Part shown: piece after piece, positions 46,813 through 55,303 of the stretch | How positions within the stretch are numbered: position 1 is the first letter of the stretch | Layout: every line of letters starts with the position of its first letter | From: an uncultured Dehalococcoidia bacterium | GTDB taxonomy: Bacteria; Chloroflexota; Dehalococcoidia; Lucifugimonadales; UBA826 | Direction: 5' to 3' | DNA: 64,000 nucleotides | NCBI GenBank assembly: GCA_964500645.1 | Contig: CAZCOH010000006.1 | Coordinates: 1,492-65,491 of the forward strand | Made by a program: the position numbers and the translations under genes | The notes under the pieces: generated by a model | Databases searched by the model: none | What the model saw: only the letters and a program-made list of their open reading frames with translations | What the model was told of the DNA's origin: nothing

Positions 46813-48225
46813 CTATTTTAGTCCCTTTTTATATTCAAATAAGGCCTTTTTTCTTGCTTCATTTAAATCCACAACGGGATTTGGGTATAGATCATCTACA
46901 ACCCTTTTACTTTTCCCGTTTGATGATCCGCGGCCTTGGTATTGCCAAGGTTCATGAATGGCCTCCATTGGCGTGCTGGATAACTCGGGTATCCATTTCT
47001 TTATGTAGCAGCCTTTTGGATCAAACTTTTTTGCTTGAATCGTCGGATTGAAAATCCTGAAATATGGTGCTGAATTTAAGCCACATCCAGTTACCCATTG
47101 CCAGTTAAATGAATTAGCAGCGAGGTCGAAATCAACTAAATAATCTTTGAAGTGATTAGCTCCATGTGTCCAATGAATTAATAGATGCTTCACCAAAAAA
47201 GAGGCACATATCATACGTGCTCTATTATCAATATTGCCGGTGAGGAGTAATTTCCTCATGGAGGCATCCACTATCGGATATCCAGTCATTCCATTCTTCC
47301 ACAGTTCTAGCTTTGTTTGATCTTCACTCCAGTTTATGTATTCAAATCTTTTGTCGATAGAGACAGTGTCCATATTAGGATTCAACTTCATGCAGTGGCG
47401 AGCGAACAGTCTCCAGCCTATTCCACGCTTTATATTTTGAATATGAGGGTATTCCTGGTTGTCGGCAAACGCATAAATTTCTTTTAAAATTTTTAATGGT
47501 TCTATTGCCCCAGCGCTTATACAGGATGACAAATCGGACCTAAAACTTGTTTCTAAAGAGATTCCTTCCTCGGACTTCAAAGGTATTTCTGAACGAAGGG
47601 AATTATTAAGATATTGTACGCCGCCAGGTTCGCAGCTTTTATTGCATGAAGTTTCGTGATTGTTCTTAAAAGAAACTTCAGTTTCTTTTAAGAAGCTAGT
47701 AAGTTTGCAGGTAATGTTTTTATTTTGGTGGTGGGGTTTTTGGGATACCCAATTTTTGAGGATAAGGGATTCCAATTGATGCCAAAAGCTTTTAAATGTT
47801 TTAAACGGTCTGTCTAAGCCTTGAATTAGAATTAATTCTGAGTTTTCTTCTACGTGTGATTGTATGCCCTCTTTAGACAAGTTTAGGCTTAGGCGATTTT
47901 CTTCATTGCGTACAAGTAAATCTGAAGATGAATTCCAATGTACGTTTCTTATTTTTCTGATTTTGCATATTTTAAGTAATGCATCCATGGAGTCGACTTC
48001 TAGGAATGAAGCCGACTCGGTGTTGCGCAACCTGTTTTCTAGACAATGTAAAGCTTTGGCCTTCCAACTTGCTACATTTTTGTTGGCATGTAGATTGAAG
48101 GGTTCATAATTCACAACTAGTATTATTTCGGATTCCTTGAACGCACTTATAATACACGGATTGTCTTCTATTCTCAGACTCTGATTTATTAGCACAATCG
48201 AGGGTATATTTGGCTCTGCCGTCAT
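46813..48225 (-). CDS. Deoxyribodipyrimidine photolyase / cryptochrome family flavoprotein
   Basis: C-terminal FAD domain TGYPIVDASMRKL...NRARMICASFLVKHLLIHW...DFDLAANSFNWQWVTGCGLNSAPYFRIFNPTIQAKKFDPKGCYIKKWIPEL. Confidence 0.85.
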   Translation of the reverse strand: MTAEPNIPSIVLINQSLRIEDNPCIISAFKESEIILVVNYEPFNLHANKNVASWKAKALHCLENRLRNTESASFLEVDSMDALLKICKIRKIRNVHWNSSSDLLVRNEENRLSLNLSKEGIQSHVEENSELILIQGLDRPFKTFKSFWHQLESLILKNWVSQKPHHQNKNITCKLTSFLKETEVSFKNNHETSCNKSCEPGGVQYLNNSLRSEIPLKSEEGISLETSFRSDLSSCISAGAIEPLKILKEIYAFADNQEYPHIQNIKRGIGWRLFARHCMKLNPNMDTVSIDKRFEYINWSEDQTKLELWKNGMTGYPIVDASMRKLLLTGNIDNRARMICASFLVKHLLIHWTHGANHFKDYLVDFDLAANSFNWQWVTGCGLNSAPYFRIFNPTIQAKKFDPKGCYIKKWIPELSSTPMEAIHEPWQYQGRGSSNGKSKRVVDDLYPNPVVDLNEARKKALFEYKKGLK

Positions 48226-49346
48226 GCTACAAGTGTTTTTTGGTCTATGTAACTAGATCTAAATCCAAGGTTCTCTTCGTGAACAATCAAGTTTGATGAA
48301 GAAGTGTTTTCTATCTGAGAAAGTGCGTTGCCTACAATTCGATCCAGTAATCTAGGGTATTCATAATATTTAGGTAGAATAACTATCTCAGCTGACTCTT
48401 TTGATGCTACGTCCATTAGTGTTTGCAAGCCGTGCTGAGGAGCTAATAATGCTTTGCAGTTAACACCTTTGTTGGTAAACCGTTCCATCTGATTTGCTAA
48501 ATGAACTCTTCCTATGTTTCTTATTGTGTTTTGGTCTAGAGGCATTTTGGTCAGCTCACCACTCCCGGGAGGACCTGGCTTTACAAAATAGGAGGCAGCA
48601 GAAATGTCATACAGCATTGCCTCTGCATTTAATTCAAGGCACATGTCTATAGCGTCGTTTATCAAAGATTCAGAAATCTCTGTTGATTCGTCAGCTGATT
48701 TATCCTGAGTGACTATGATAATTTTTTCTACGTCCCTGCCGATATTCCGTGCTATTTTTTCTGCTGTATCAGGTCCTTCAGCATTACCTAGTCTTACTGA
48801 ATCAAGATGCTGCATAAGTGATCTCACCACTCGTATGTCGGATGATGCGAATCCTTGAAATTTTTTGCCTGGGTCTGACAATTTTCCTTTAGCAAACAGG
48901 TCGTCTGAAATTTCCCAACCCACAAAAGCTATAGGTGACGGATTCTCTACTACTAGGAACCATTGATTTTCAACGTTCTCGGGGGATTCGCTGATTTTAG
49001 TCCAGTTATCTATAGCCGATGAATATTTTTCTGAAGCCTCGTTTATTCCGTAAGCGTTAATCCTAATACCCATACTACGTAATTCTTTGTAACGATTAAT
49101 TTCTTTGTCCAATTTGTCTATATTCTGAAAACCTACGTATAGTGTTACGTCGCTCGGATTTTTCTTGATTTCGTCTTCTATCTCGCGAGTTATTCCGAGC
49201 ATTTTTTTTGTGCTGTGGATGAACTCAAATCCTTCTATAGGGAGTCCGTCAGATCTAAGCGATTGGTCCATTCTCAATACCAATTCTCTGACTCCATTTT
49301 CCTCCTTTTCAGGCAGTTCTTTACTTAGTTTCCAATTGAAATACAT
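48222..49346 (-). CDS. Uncharacterised two-domain protein: N-terminal DICT-like sensor domain plus C-terminal USP-like alpha/beta domain (tentative)
   Basis: The N-terminal half has LYVGFQNIDKL..RYKEL...GIRINAYG...NQWFLVVENPSPIAFVGWE. The C-terminal half has KIIIVTQDKS...AEIVILPKYYEYPRLLDRIVGNAL...LIVHE. The stop overlaps the photolyase start (ATGA). Confidence 0.4.
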   Translation of the reverse strand: MYFNWKLSKELPEKEENGVRELVLRMDQSLRSDGLPIEGFEFIHSTKKMLGITREIEDEIKKNPSDVTLYVGFQNIDKLDKEINRYKELRSMGIRINAYGINEASEKYSSAIDNWTKISESPENVENQWFLVVENPSPIAFVGWEISDDLFAKGKLSDPGKKFQGFASSDIRVVRSLMQHLDSVRLGNAEGPDTAEKIARNIGRDVEKIIIVTQDKSADESTEISESLINDAIDMCLELNAEAMLYDISAASYFVKPGPPGSGELTKMPLDQNTIRNIGRVHLANQMERFTNKGVNCKALLAPQHGLQTLMDVASKESAEIVILPKYYEYPRLLDRIVGNALSQIENTSSSNLIVHEENLGFRSSYIDQKTLVA

Positions 49347-49700
49347 TTACTTTCCTTTTAGTACGCTTTTAAAAACTTCGATATTATTTATTTGCAAATG
49401 TGGTCCCGTGACTAACCTCGCTATAGTGCCAGGCTCAATATCAAAACCGATTCTTGCTATTACTTTCGACTCTTTTTTTATTAGGATAGTGAGTCCGAGT
49501 TTGGCGAGAATCGAGCCAAATTTTTTTATAGAGGCAAAACTTACGGGGATCTCAGAAAAACCTCTTATACTTCTGATTTCGAATTCCTTTATCTCCACCT
49601 CAATATATTTATCGTTAAATTCAATATTGCTTTTTAGGTAATCTGAATCAACTAATAATGAACCTGATACCGAAATTCCCGTTGTTTTTCTAGGTAGCAT
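49347..49700 (-). CDS. Hypothetical protein (117 aa)
   Basis: The ORF abuts the downstream start and overlaps the upstream ORF by 11 nt. No family was recognised. Confidence 0.4.
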   Translation of the reverse strand: MLPRKTTGISVSGSLLVDSDYLKSNIEFNDKYIEVEIKEFEIRSIRGFSEIPVSFASIKKFGSILAKLGLTILIKKESKVIARIGFDIEPGTIARLVTGPHLQINNIEVFKSVLKGK

Positions 49701-49917
49701 CTGGAGCTTCTGCTTTTTGAACTTCGGTGGTGCTTATACTGACCATTCCATTTATGCCCCAATCTGCTTTTTCTGAATTTTCGCCTGTGGTCTGAGGTAC
49801 TGATACCTTTAGGTCTTGGAATCGGTAATTAATGGTTGTTCCATTTCGGTTCAGAAATTCATACAGTCCTTCTGCGAGATCGATCCATGCTTTTAAAGAT
49901 GTTTTGTTAGAAGTCAT
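49690..49917 (-). CDS. Hypothetical protein (75 aa)
   Basis: The ORF lies 25 nt downstream of the zinc-ribbon ORF and is co-directional with it. No family was recognised. Confidence 0.4.
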   Translation of the reverse strand: MTSNKTSLKAWIDLAEGLYEFLNRNGTTINYRFQDLKVSVPQTTGENSEKADWGINGMVSISTTEVQKAEAPDAT

Positions 49918-49942
49918 TATTTAAGTTCCTTTATTTCGTTGA

Positions 49943-50092
49943 TTAAGCTGCTTTTTGTTTAGGTTCTTTCGTTTCTCTCGACACTATTTCTTTGAAACTT
50001 CTTCCGCACATAAGACATTTGTGTTCTATGCCCAAATGGCCGTCGAAATGAACGATATTACCCCCACATCTACTGCAATTGCCCATATGCAT
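49943..50092 (-). CDS. Small zinc-ribbon protein (49 aa), not in the ORF track
   Basis: AAGGAGGTG lies 7 nt upstream of the ATG. The protein is MHMGNCSRCGGNIVHFDGHLGIEHKCLMCGRSFKEIVSRETKEPKQKAA, with a CxxC...CxxC pattern. Confidence 0.5.
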   Translation of the reverse strand: MHMGNCSRCGGNIVHFDGHLGIEHKCLMCGRSFKEIVSRETKEPKQKAA

Positions 50093-50243
50093 ATTAATGC
50101 ACCTCCTTTACGTAATTTTCTTTATGACACAAATAATAACAATGTTTGTTAAAAAGCACAATAGTGTATTTTAAATCATTAATTACAAATAACAAAAGTC
50201 TATCTTAAGAGGTGATTGATAAAACTATTTTGATTGCTACGTG

Positions 50244-50993
50244 TTAATCAGACGAGATATTGAGGCGTCTTTTTTTACGCCATATAAATATTGATCCAGT
50301 GAAAAGGAAAATAAGAGCAATGGGGGACAAGACAGAAACATATTTAAGGTATTGAGGTTTATTTTGGGAAGTTATGTCTTTTTCTGCCAATAGAGAAGAA
50401 TGGAATTTTCTGACCTCGGTAATTGTACTCGGTAGCCTTCCCATATCCGATATCCCAAAACTCTCTTCTTTGCCTATAGCGACCCAGAGCTTACCAACCT
50501 TTATTTCGTCTTTAATGCTGACTAGGTAATAAGTACCATCTTCGGGAAGTTCCAGCGTGATTTCTCCAAAAACCCATGAATGGGTGTCTGAATAGGGTTC
50601 GTGAAATAACCTAGGGGTTTTTATTGAAGTATCAATCAATTTACTGGATGTTGAGGTAACCTCTTTTTTGGGTGAGGAGGGCTTTATTAGATATAGCGAG
50701 GGTCTGAAATCTTCTAGATCTAGTATCTTCGGTACGCCAATTTGCACATATAAATCTTCTTTTTTTGAGCCGTAAAATTTTATCCATGAAGTAGGTCTGG
50801 ATTCACTTAGTGTTTGGTAAATCGCTTTAGAAATGTGGATGTCGTTTATTGGCAACGCAGTCTCTGCCTCAAAATGTTCGTCTTTGGAAAGATAAGGGAT
50901 GTGAGCCTCTGAAGAGGTGTAGTTCATTGACACAAAGTATGCGACAGCTACAAATGTGGCGAGGAATACTTTGTGAAGGAGATTTGCTGGCAA
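50244..50993 (-). CDS. Exported protein with a C-terminal TM anchor, unknown function
   Basis: N-terminal signal-like VFLATFVAVAYFVSMNYTSSEA|HIPY. C-terminal helix VLSPIALIFLFTGSIFIW plus RKKRR. Confidence 0.5.
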   Translation of the reverse strand: MPANLLHKVFLATFVAVAYFVSMNYTSSEAHIPYLSKDEHFEAETALPINDIHISKAIYQTLSESRPTSWIKFYGSKKEDLYVQIGVPKILDLEDFRPSLYLIKPSSPKKEVTSTSSKLIDTSIKTPRLFHEPYSDTHSWVFGEITLELPEDGTYYLVSIKDEIKVGKLWVAIGKEESFGISDMGRLPSTITEVRKFHSSLLAEKDITSQNKPQYLKYVSVLSPIALIFLFTGSIFIWRKKRRLNISSD

Positions 50994-50994
50994 C

Positions 50995-51909
50995 TTACTC
51001 TCTCTTAGATGGGATTCTCAATCTATGTATAAAGCCGCGTGATGGCGATTCAAGATTATCAATATGCTTATCAGGTTTGCTATAGAAAGGGACTTTTAAG
51101 TGATGGAATAATTTATAAGCATGTTTCAGTATATTGATTTCGGTGAAAAGCACAGTTTTCATTATTGAAGGACAAATCTTCCAAAGGTTAAAATTTGTCA
51201 TTTGGACAAGCTTTGCTCTGAATAAGGTGGTGATCATTATTTCTGACCTTTGGTGAAGAGTGATCGTTATCTTTAGGTCATCAGGCGAGAGATGAAAATT
51301 GAACTCATATTCTCCAGTTCTTTCTAGAAAAGGGGATACGTGAAGTTTTTTTGACGACCAGTAATTTCCTTGAGATTGATCGAACTGAACTTCGTCAAGA
51401 TAATATAGATGAGACTCACTGAAAGTATTATTTACTTCAGCTATAACTGATTTTATATCATTGCACGAATTAACCACTAAATAGAAAACTATAGGGTTGA
51501 ATCCGTATCCAAAGACTGAAGGCGTGGTAAGTAGATATACTTTATCGTCCCTCGTAAATTGCGATGTTTTTTGGCTTAAGAAGTCCTCAATTTTTTGTTT
51601 AATAGAAGTGGTGGATTTGTCTATGTAGTTATCGTTTTTGATTGAAAGAAACCCAAATTTGGTTAATGGGAATTTCCAGCCAAAATCGCCCGTTGTAAGT
51701 AGATCTGCCTGGTCTATGAGCAACATCGTATGTGTTGACTTAAACGTGTTCTGCACTGGGTAGAACCGACTATGAATCAATTCCCCGCGAGCTATAGAGG
51801 AGTCTACTAACTTGACTATATTATTACCTCTGCGTTTATCATATCTGCCACTTGTTGACCTGACCTGAATCCATCTTCGTGAAATCCGTATCCTGTGTAG
51901 GCTCCACAA
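50995..51909 (-). CDS. DUF1365 protein (UfaO-like); start uncertain
   Basis: ARGELIHSRFYPVQNTFKSTHTMLLIDQADL and FGYGFNPIVFYLV match the DUF1365 pattern. The track TTG start overlaps the upstream gene by 94 nt. Confidence 0.7.
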   Translation of the reverse strand: MWSLHRIRISRRWIQVRSTSGRYDKRRGNNIVKLVDSSIARGELIHSRFYPVQNTFKSTHTMLLIDQADLLTTGDFGWKFPLTKFGFLSIKNDNYIDKSTTSIKQKIEDFLSQKTSQFTRDDKVYLLTTPSVFGYGFNPIVFYLVVNSCNDIKSVIAEVNNTFSESHLYYLDEVQFDQSQGNYWSSKKLHVSPFLERTGEYEFNFHLSPDDLKITITLHQRSEIMITTLFRAKLVQMTNFNLWKICPSIMKTVLFTEINILKHAYKLFHHLKVPFYSKPDKHIDNLESPSRGFIHRLRIPSKRE

Positions 51910-53072
51910 AATTTGATTGCTTTGTGAGAGTTAATACTTTGGATAACTCTAAATGATTCTTTTTCTGTCTTATCCAGTATTGGATGGCTATATTCGGTCG
52001 AGTATATAGTTTTAGTTATTTGGGGTATTTTAGGAGGATTAAGCGAAACGAAATAATTAGTTTTTGAACAAATATTTTGGAGTTTGTTCATGTAGTAAGT
52101 AATGTAGGTTGCGGACGATTCGTTGGAGTCATGTGTACGTATGACATTCCATGATGCCCATGCTCGCTTCATAGGTGGCATGAATTTTCGGTCTGTATGC
52201 AAATAAACTTTGTTTTTGGTGTATTTGAAAGATTTCAGAATGATATGTATGTTGGGAAAGTCCTTTTTTACAAGGTTGGCTGCGGTATCGGCATGTGTTG
52301 CAACAATGACCCGGTCGAATGCCTCAGACTGATTTCCATTAATCGTCAAGCTTGAGGATTCTTCACCCTTGTTTATATGAGTGACTTTGGTGTTGAGACG
52401 AATTCTCCCATTGAATGATTTTTTAAAGGATTCGATGTAGCTTATGGAGCCATCACTGATGGTTTGCCATGAAGGCCTATTCTTGACTCGGAAAAGGCCA
52501 TGGTTATTAAAAAAACTCACGTATGTTGATGCCGGTATTTTACTTGCACTTAATATGCTGCAAGACCAAATCGCAGCAGCAATGGGTAGGAAATAATCCT
52601 CGATTACATAATTTGGGCATCCAAGCATTCTAAGGTATTTGGAGATAGAATCAGAATTGCTTGGGGATATATGGCTGTTTGAAAGCTTCTTGGAGTATTT
52701 GTAAATCGCTAAAAGAGTGTGCCAGTGTCGGTATTCAAATATCTTTTTTTTGTTTGGAAATAATCCCCCAACGGAACCTGCATAACAAGTATTATTTACT
52801 TCATCATGAAAAGAGAAAGACATATTAGATGGGTTTCTGTCTATACCTAGTTTTTCTAAAAATTCATTGAAGAGGGGATAATTTTTTTCATTGAATACTA
52901 TGAAGCCTGTGTCTATGTATCTTATTGTACGATCAATATCTTTTGTGATTACGGTGTTTGTATGTCCACCTAGGCGGTCTTGTTCTTCAAATAAAGTCAC
53001 ACGGTGGAGGCCTTGTAAATTGAATGCCGCAGAAATGCCAGAGATTCCGCTTCCTATTACCGCTATTTTCAT
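51816..53072 (-). CDS. FAD-dependent amine-oxidase/desaturase-like oxidoreductase (UfaD-like)
   Basis: Dinucleotide fold MKIAVIGSGISGISAAFNL...LFEEQDRLGGHTNT and C-terminal FCGAYTGYGFHEDG. Confidence 0.8.
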   Translation of the reverse strand: MKIAVIGSGISGISAAFNLQGLHRVTLFEEQDRLGGHTNTVITKDIDRTIRYIDTGFIVFNEKNYPLFNEFLEKLGIDRNPSNMSFSFHDEVNNTCYAGSVGGLFPNKKKIFEYRHWHTLLAIYKYSKKLSNSHISPSNSDSISKYLRMLGCPNYVIEDYFLPIAAAIWSCSILSASKIPASTYVSFFNNHGLFRVKNRPSWQTISDGSISYIESFKKSFNGRIRLNTKVTHINKGEESSSLTINGNQSEAFDRVIVATHADTAANLVKKDFPNIHIILKSFKYTKNKVYLHTDRKFMPPMKRAWASWNVIRTHDSNESSATYITYYMNKLQNICSKTNYFVSLNPPKIPQITKTIYSTEYSHPILDKTEKESFRVIQSINSHKAIKFCGAYTGYGFHEDGFRSGQQVADMINAEVII

Positions 53073-53079
53073 AATGACT

Positions 53080-54108
53080 CTAATTTCTCTTTTTAAAAAG
53101 GTAGTGAATTATGTACCATTCACCGCCGTCTCTGTAATTGAATAGCTCGGAGCAAAAAATTAGAAATAGCTTGTAACGATTGAAATGCTTTGCTCTTTCT
53201 TTTCCATAACCGTTCTCATCCATGTCTCTTAATATGATCTTTTTATTCAATTTGAAATTACTTAACCAGGATTCCAGACTCCGGTGATAATTGTGGCCAG
53301 ATAATTTCCAGACCTCAATGTTTTCAAGGTTAGAATTTAGTTTTTTATAAAACCCGTCATATGGCATCATTCCTCCTGTAAAGAAATTTTTCGACATCCA
53401 GGAGGTTTTTTGGTTATCGAAATACTGCGGGTACACTTTATGTGAGAAAACCTGAATAAATAAGGTTCCCCTCGAATTTAGCCAACCGTCTATTCTACTC
53501 ATTAAGGTTTTGGGGTTCCTGATATGTTCGAACATTTCAATAGAAATTATTCGATCATACTTACGCGTAGGTACATATTGATTGATATCGCATTTCACAA
53601 CTTCTAGGTTGTATAAATTTTGTTGAGAAGCCTTTTGCTCTATGTATTGTTTTTGGGTTGTAGAGTTTGTAACTGCTGTTACAAACGTTTTTTTATATAA
53701 GCTTGCAATTTCTAGCGATAAAGATCCCCATCCGCATCCTAGTTCCAAAACTGAATCACCGTCTGCAATACGACATTTATTGATGTAGTTTCGTAGTGTT
53801 TGAAAGTCTGCTTCCTTTAGGTCGTAAGAGTCACTGGACCATTCTGAGCCACTGTATTTCATGGAAGGACCTAAAAAGTATTCGTACACTGAGGAACTCA
53901 TCTCATAGTGTTGGTGATTCGCCTCTTCAGTATTAATGGCTATTTCTGAATTTGAAGAGGTTAATTTGAATGCTTGTCTTATCTTATGCAGTTCGTTATT
54001 GCTGAGTTCTAAAATTCTAGATTCATATTTTTTTAGTCCCAGGCGGACAAACAACCTTAGTACACGTTCAGGAACCAACCCGCTGTCTATGATTGACTCA
54101 TACCACAT
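53080..54108 (-). CDS. CFA-synthase-family SAM-dependent methyltransferase (second paralog)
   Basis: HYEMSSSVYEYFLGPSMKYS, SAM motif VLELGCGWGSL, and ISIEMFEHI. Confidence 0.8.
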   Translation of the reverse strand: MWYESIIDSGLVPERVLRLFVRLGLKKYESRILELSNNELHKIRQAFKLTSSNSEIAINTEEANHQHYEMSSSVYEYFLGPSMKYSGSEWSSDSYDLKEADFQTLRNYINKCRIADGDSVLELGCGWGSLSLEIASLYKKTFVTAVTNSTTQKQYIEQKASQQNLYNLEVVKCDINQYVPTRKYDRIISIEMFEHIRNPKTLMSRIDGWLNSRGTLFIQVFSHKVYPQYFDNQKTSWMSKNFFTGGMMPYDGFYKKLNSNLENIEVWKLSGHNYHRSLESWLSNFKLNKKIILRDMDENGYGKERAKHFNRYKLFLIFCSELFNYRDGGEWYIIHYLFKKRN

Positions 54109-54112
54109 GTCG

Positions 54113-55303
54113 TTATTTCTTCTTAAAGGAGAATTGAAAATTACTTATGTGACCTGACTTAAACGCACCTGCACAATATGAAAAATAGTAGAAAAAACGT
54201 CGGTAGTCATTATCATCGAATCCTAAGTCATGAATAAGTTGCCGGTTTTTTTCTAGGGTTTTCTGCCAAGTAATCAACGTCTTTGGATAATGACTACCGA
54301 TCTCGCTTTCTCTGTATATCTCAAATCCACAATCCGAAGCTGACTGCTTTATTAGTCCGGTTGGAAGTAGGAGTCCTCCGGGGAATATGTATTTTTGAAT
54401 GAAGTCACAATTTTTTCTATACGATTCGTATCTTTCATCTGGTATTGTTATAACTTGGAGTTGTAGGGTGCCATCAGTCCTAAGTAATGTGGCACATTTA
54501 GAGAAAAAATCACTGATTCCTTTGTGGCCAATCGCTTCTACCATTTCCACGGAGAAAATATGATCATATTTTCCGGATAAGTCTCTGTAATCCAGTAATT
54601 GGATGTCTATTGCATCATTAAGCCCAAGGTTTGCGAATTTTCCTTTGCTGTAATTGTGCTGGCTTTCAGAAAGAGTAATAGCTGAAACTTTTGCCCCGTA
54701 GTCCGATGCAGCAATTATTGGGAGGTTACCCCAGCCGGAACCGATATCAAGGATATGGTCATCAGCCTTCACAGGAGCAGACTTCATCATCACATTGATT
54801 TTTTCGGCTTGTGCCTCTTCTAAGGAATCGGAAGTCTCGTTATAGATCGCGCAGGAGTATGTAAGAGAGGGGTCCAAAAAGCAGGAAAAAAATTCGTTAC
54901 TAATGTCGTAATGGGATTTTATGTTGTTTCTGGATTGTTTTCTTGTGTTACGGACTCTAAAGGATTGAATAATTTTAGAATAAATTTTCAGAGGGGCAAT
55001 TTTTGAAATAAGTTGACGTTTCTCTTGCCCTGACGTTATGGAAATATATTCAAATAATTCTGTTAAATCAGAGTGAGTCCATTTGCCGTCGATATATGAC
55101 TTTGCGAAACCCAAATCATAGCCGTATACAAGGTCAGTAAAAAAAGACCAATCATTCACCTGTATTGGATCTACGGATCTATTGCCGTTATCGAATACGT
55201 GACGAATCCCATCTGGTGTCGTTATAGGAATGCCTGCTTTACTAAAGTTAGATAGGACTTTTTTGTAAAGTAGCTTTCCGATATACGTACTAATAGTATT
55301 CAA
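54113..55303 (-). CDS. Cyclopropane-fatty-acyl-phospholipid-synthase-family methyltransferase
   Basis: HYDISNEFFSCFLDPSLTYSCAIY, ILDIGSGWGNL, SVEMVEAIG and FIQKYIFPGG. Confidence 0.8.
   Translation of the reverse strand: MNTISTYIGKLLYKKVLSNFSKAGIPITTPDGIRHVFDNGNRSVDPIQVNDWSFFTDLVYGYDLGFAKSYIDGKWTHSDLTELFEYISITSGQEKRQLISKIAPLKIYSKIIQSFRVRNTRKQSRNNIKSHYDISNEFFSCFLDPSLTYSCAIYNETSDSLEEAQAEKINVMMKSAPVKADDHILDIGSGWGNLPIIAASDYGAKVSAITLSESQHNYSKGKFANLGLNDAIDIQLLDYRDLSGKYDHIFSVEMVEAIGHKGISDFFSKCATLLRTDGTLQLQVITIPDERYESYRKNCDFIQKYIFPGGLLLPTGLIKQSASDCGFEIYRESEIGSHYPKTLITWQKTLEKNRQLIHDLGFDDNDYRRFFYYFSYCAGAFKSGHISNFQFSFKKK

Noticed and set aside
49955-50152. A 65-aa plus-strand ORF in the track
   Set aside because: It is antisense to the 49-aa zinc-ribbon ORF. 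That ORF has a near-perfect SD and sits in operon context, so the minus-strand reading is preferred.
50093-50243. Search for a second copy of the 57495-57512 inverted repeat upstream of the Zn-ribbon gene (ACAAA-n11-TTTGT, CAC-aata-GTG)
   Set aside because: Only 3-5-bp arms were found, with different spacing and orientation. That is indistinguishable from chance in AT-rich DNA.
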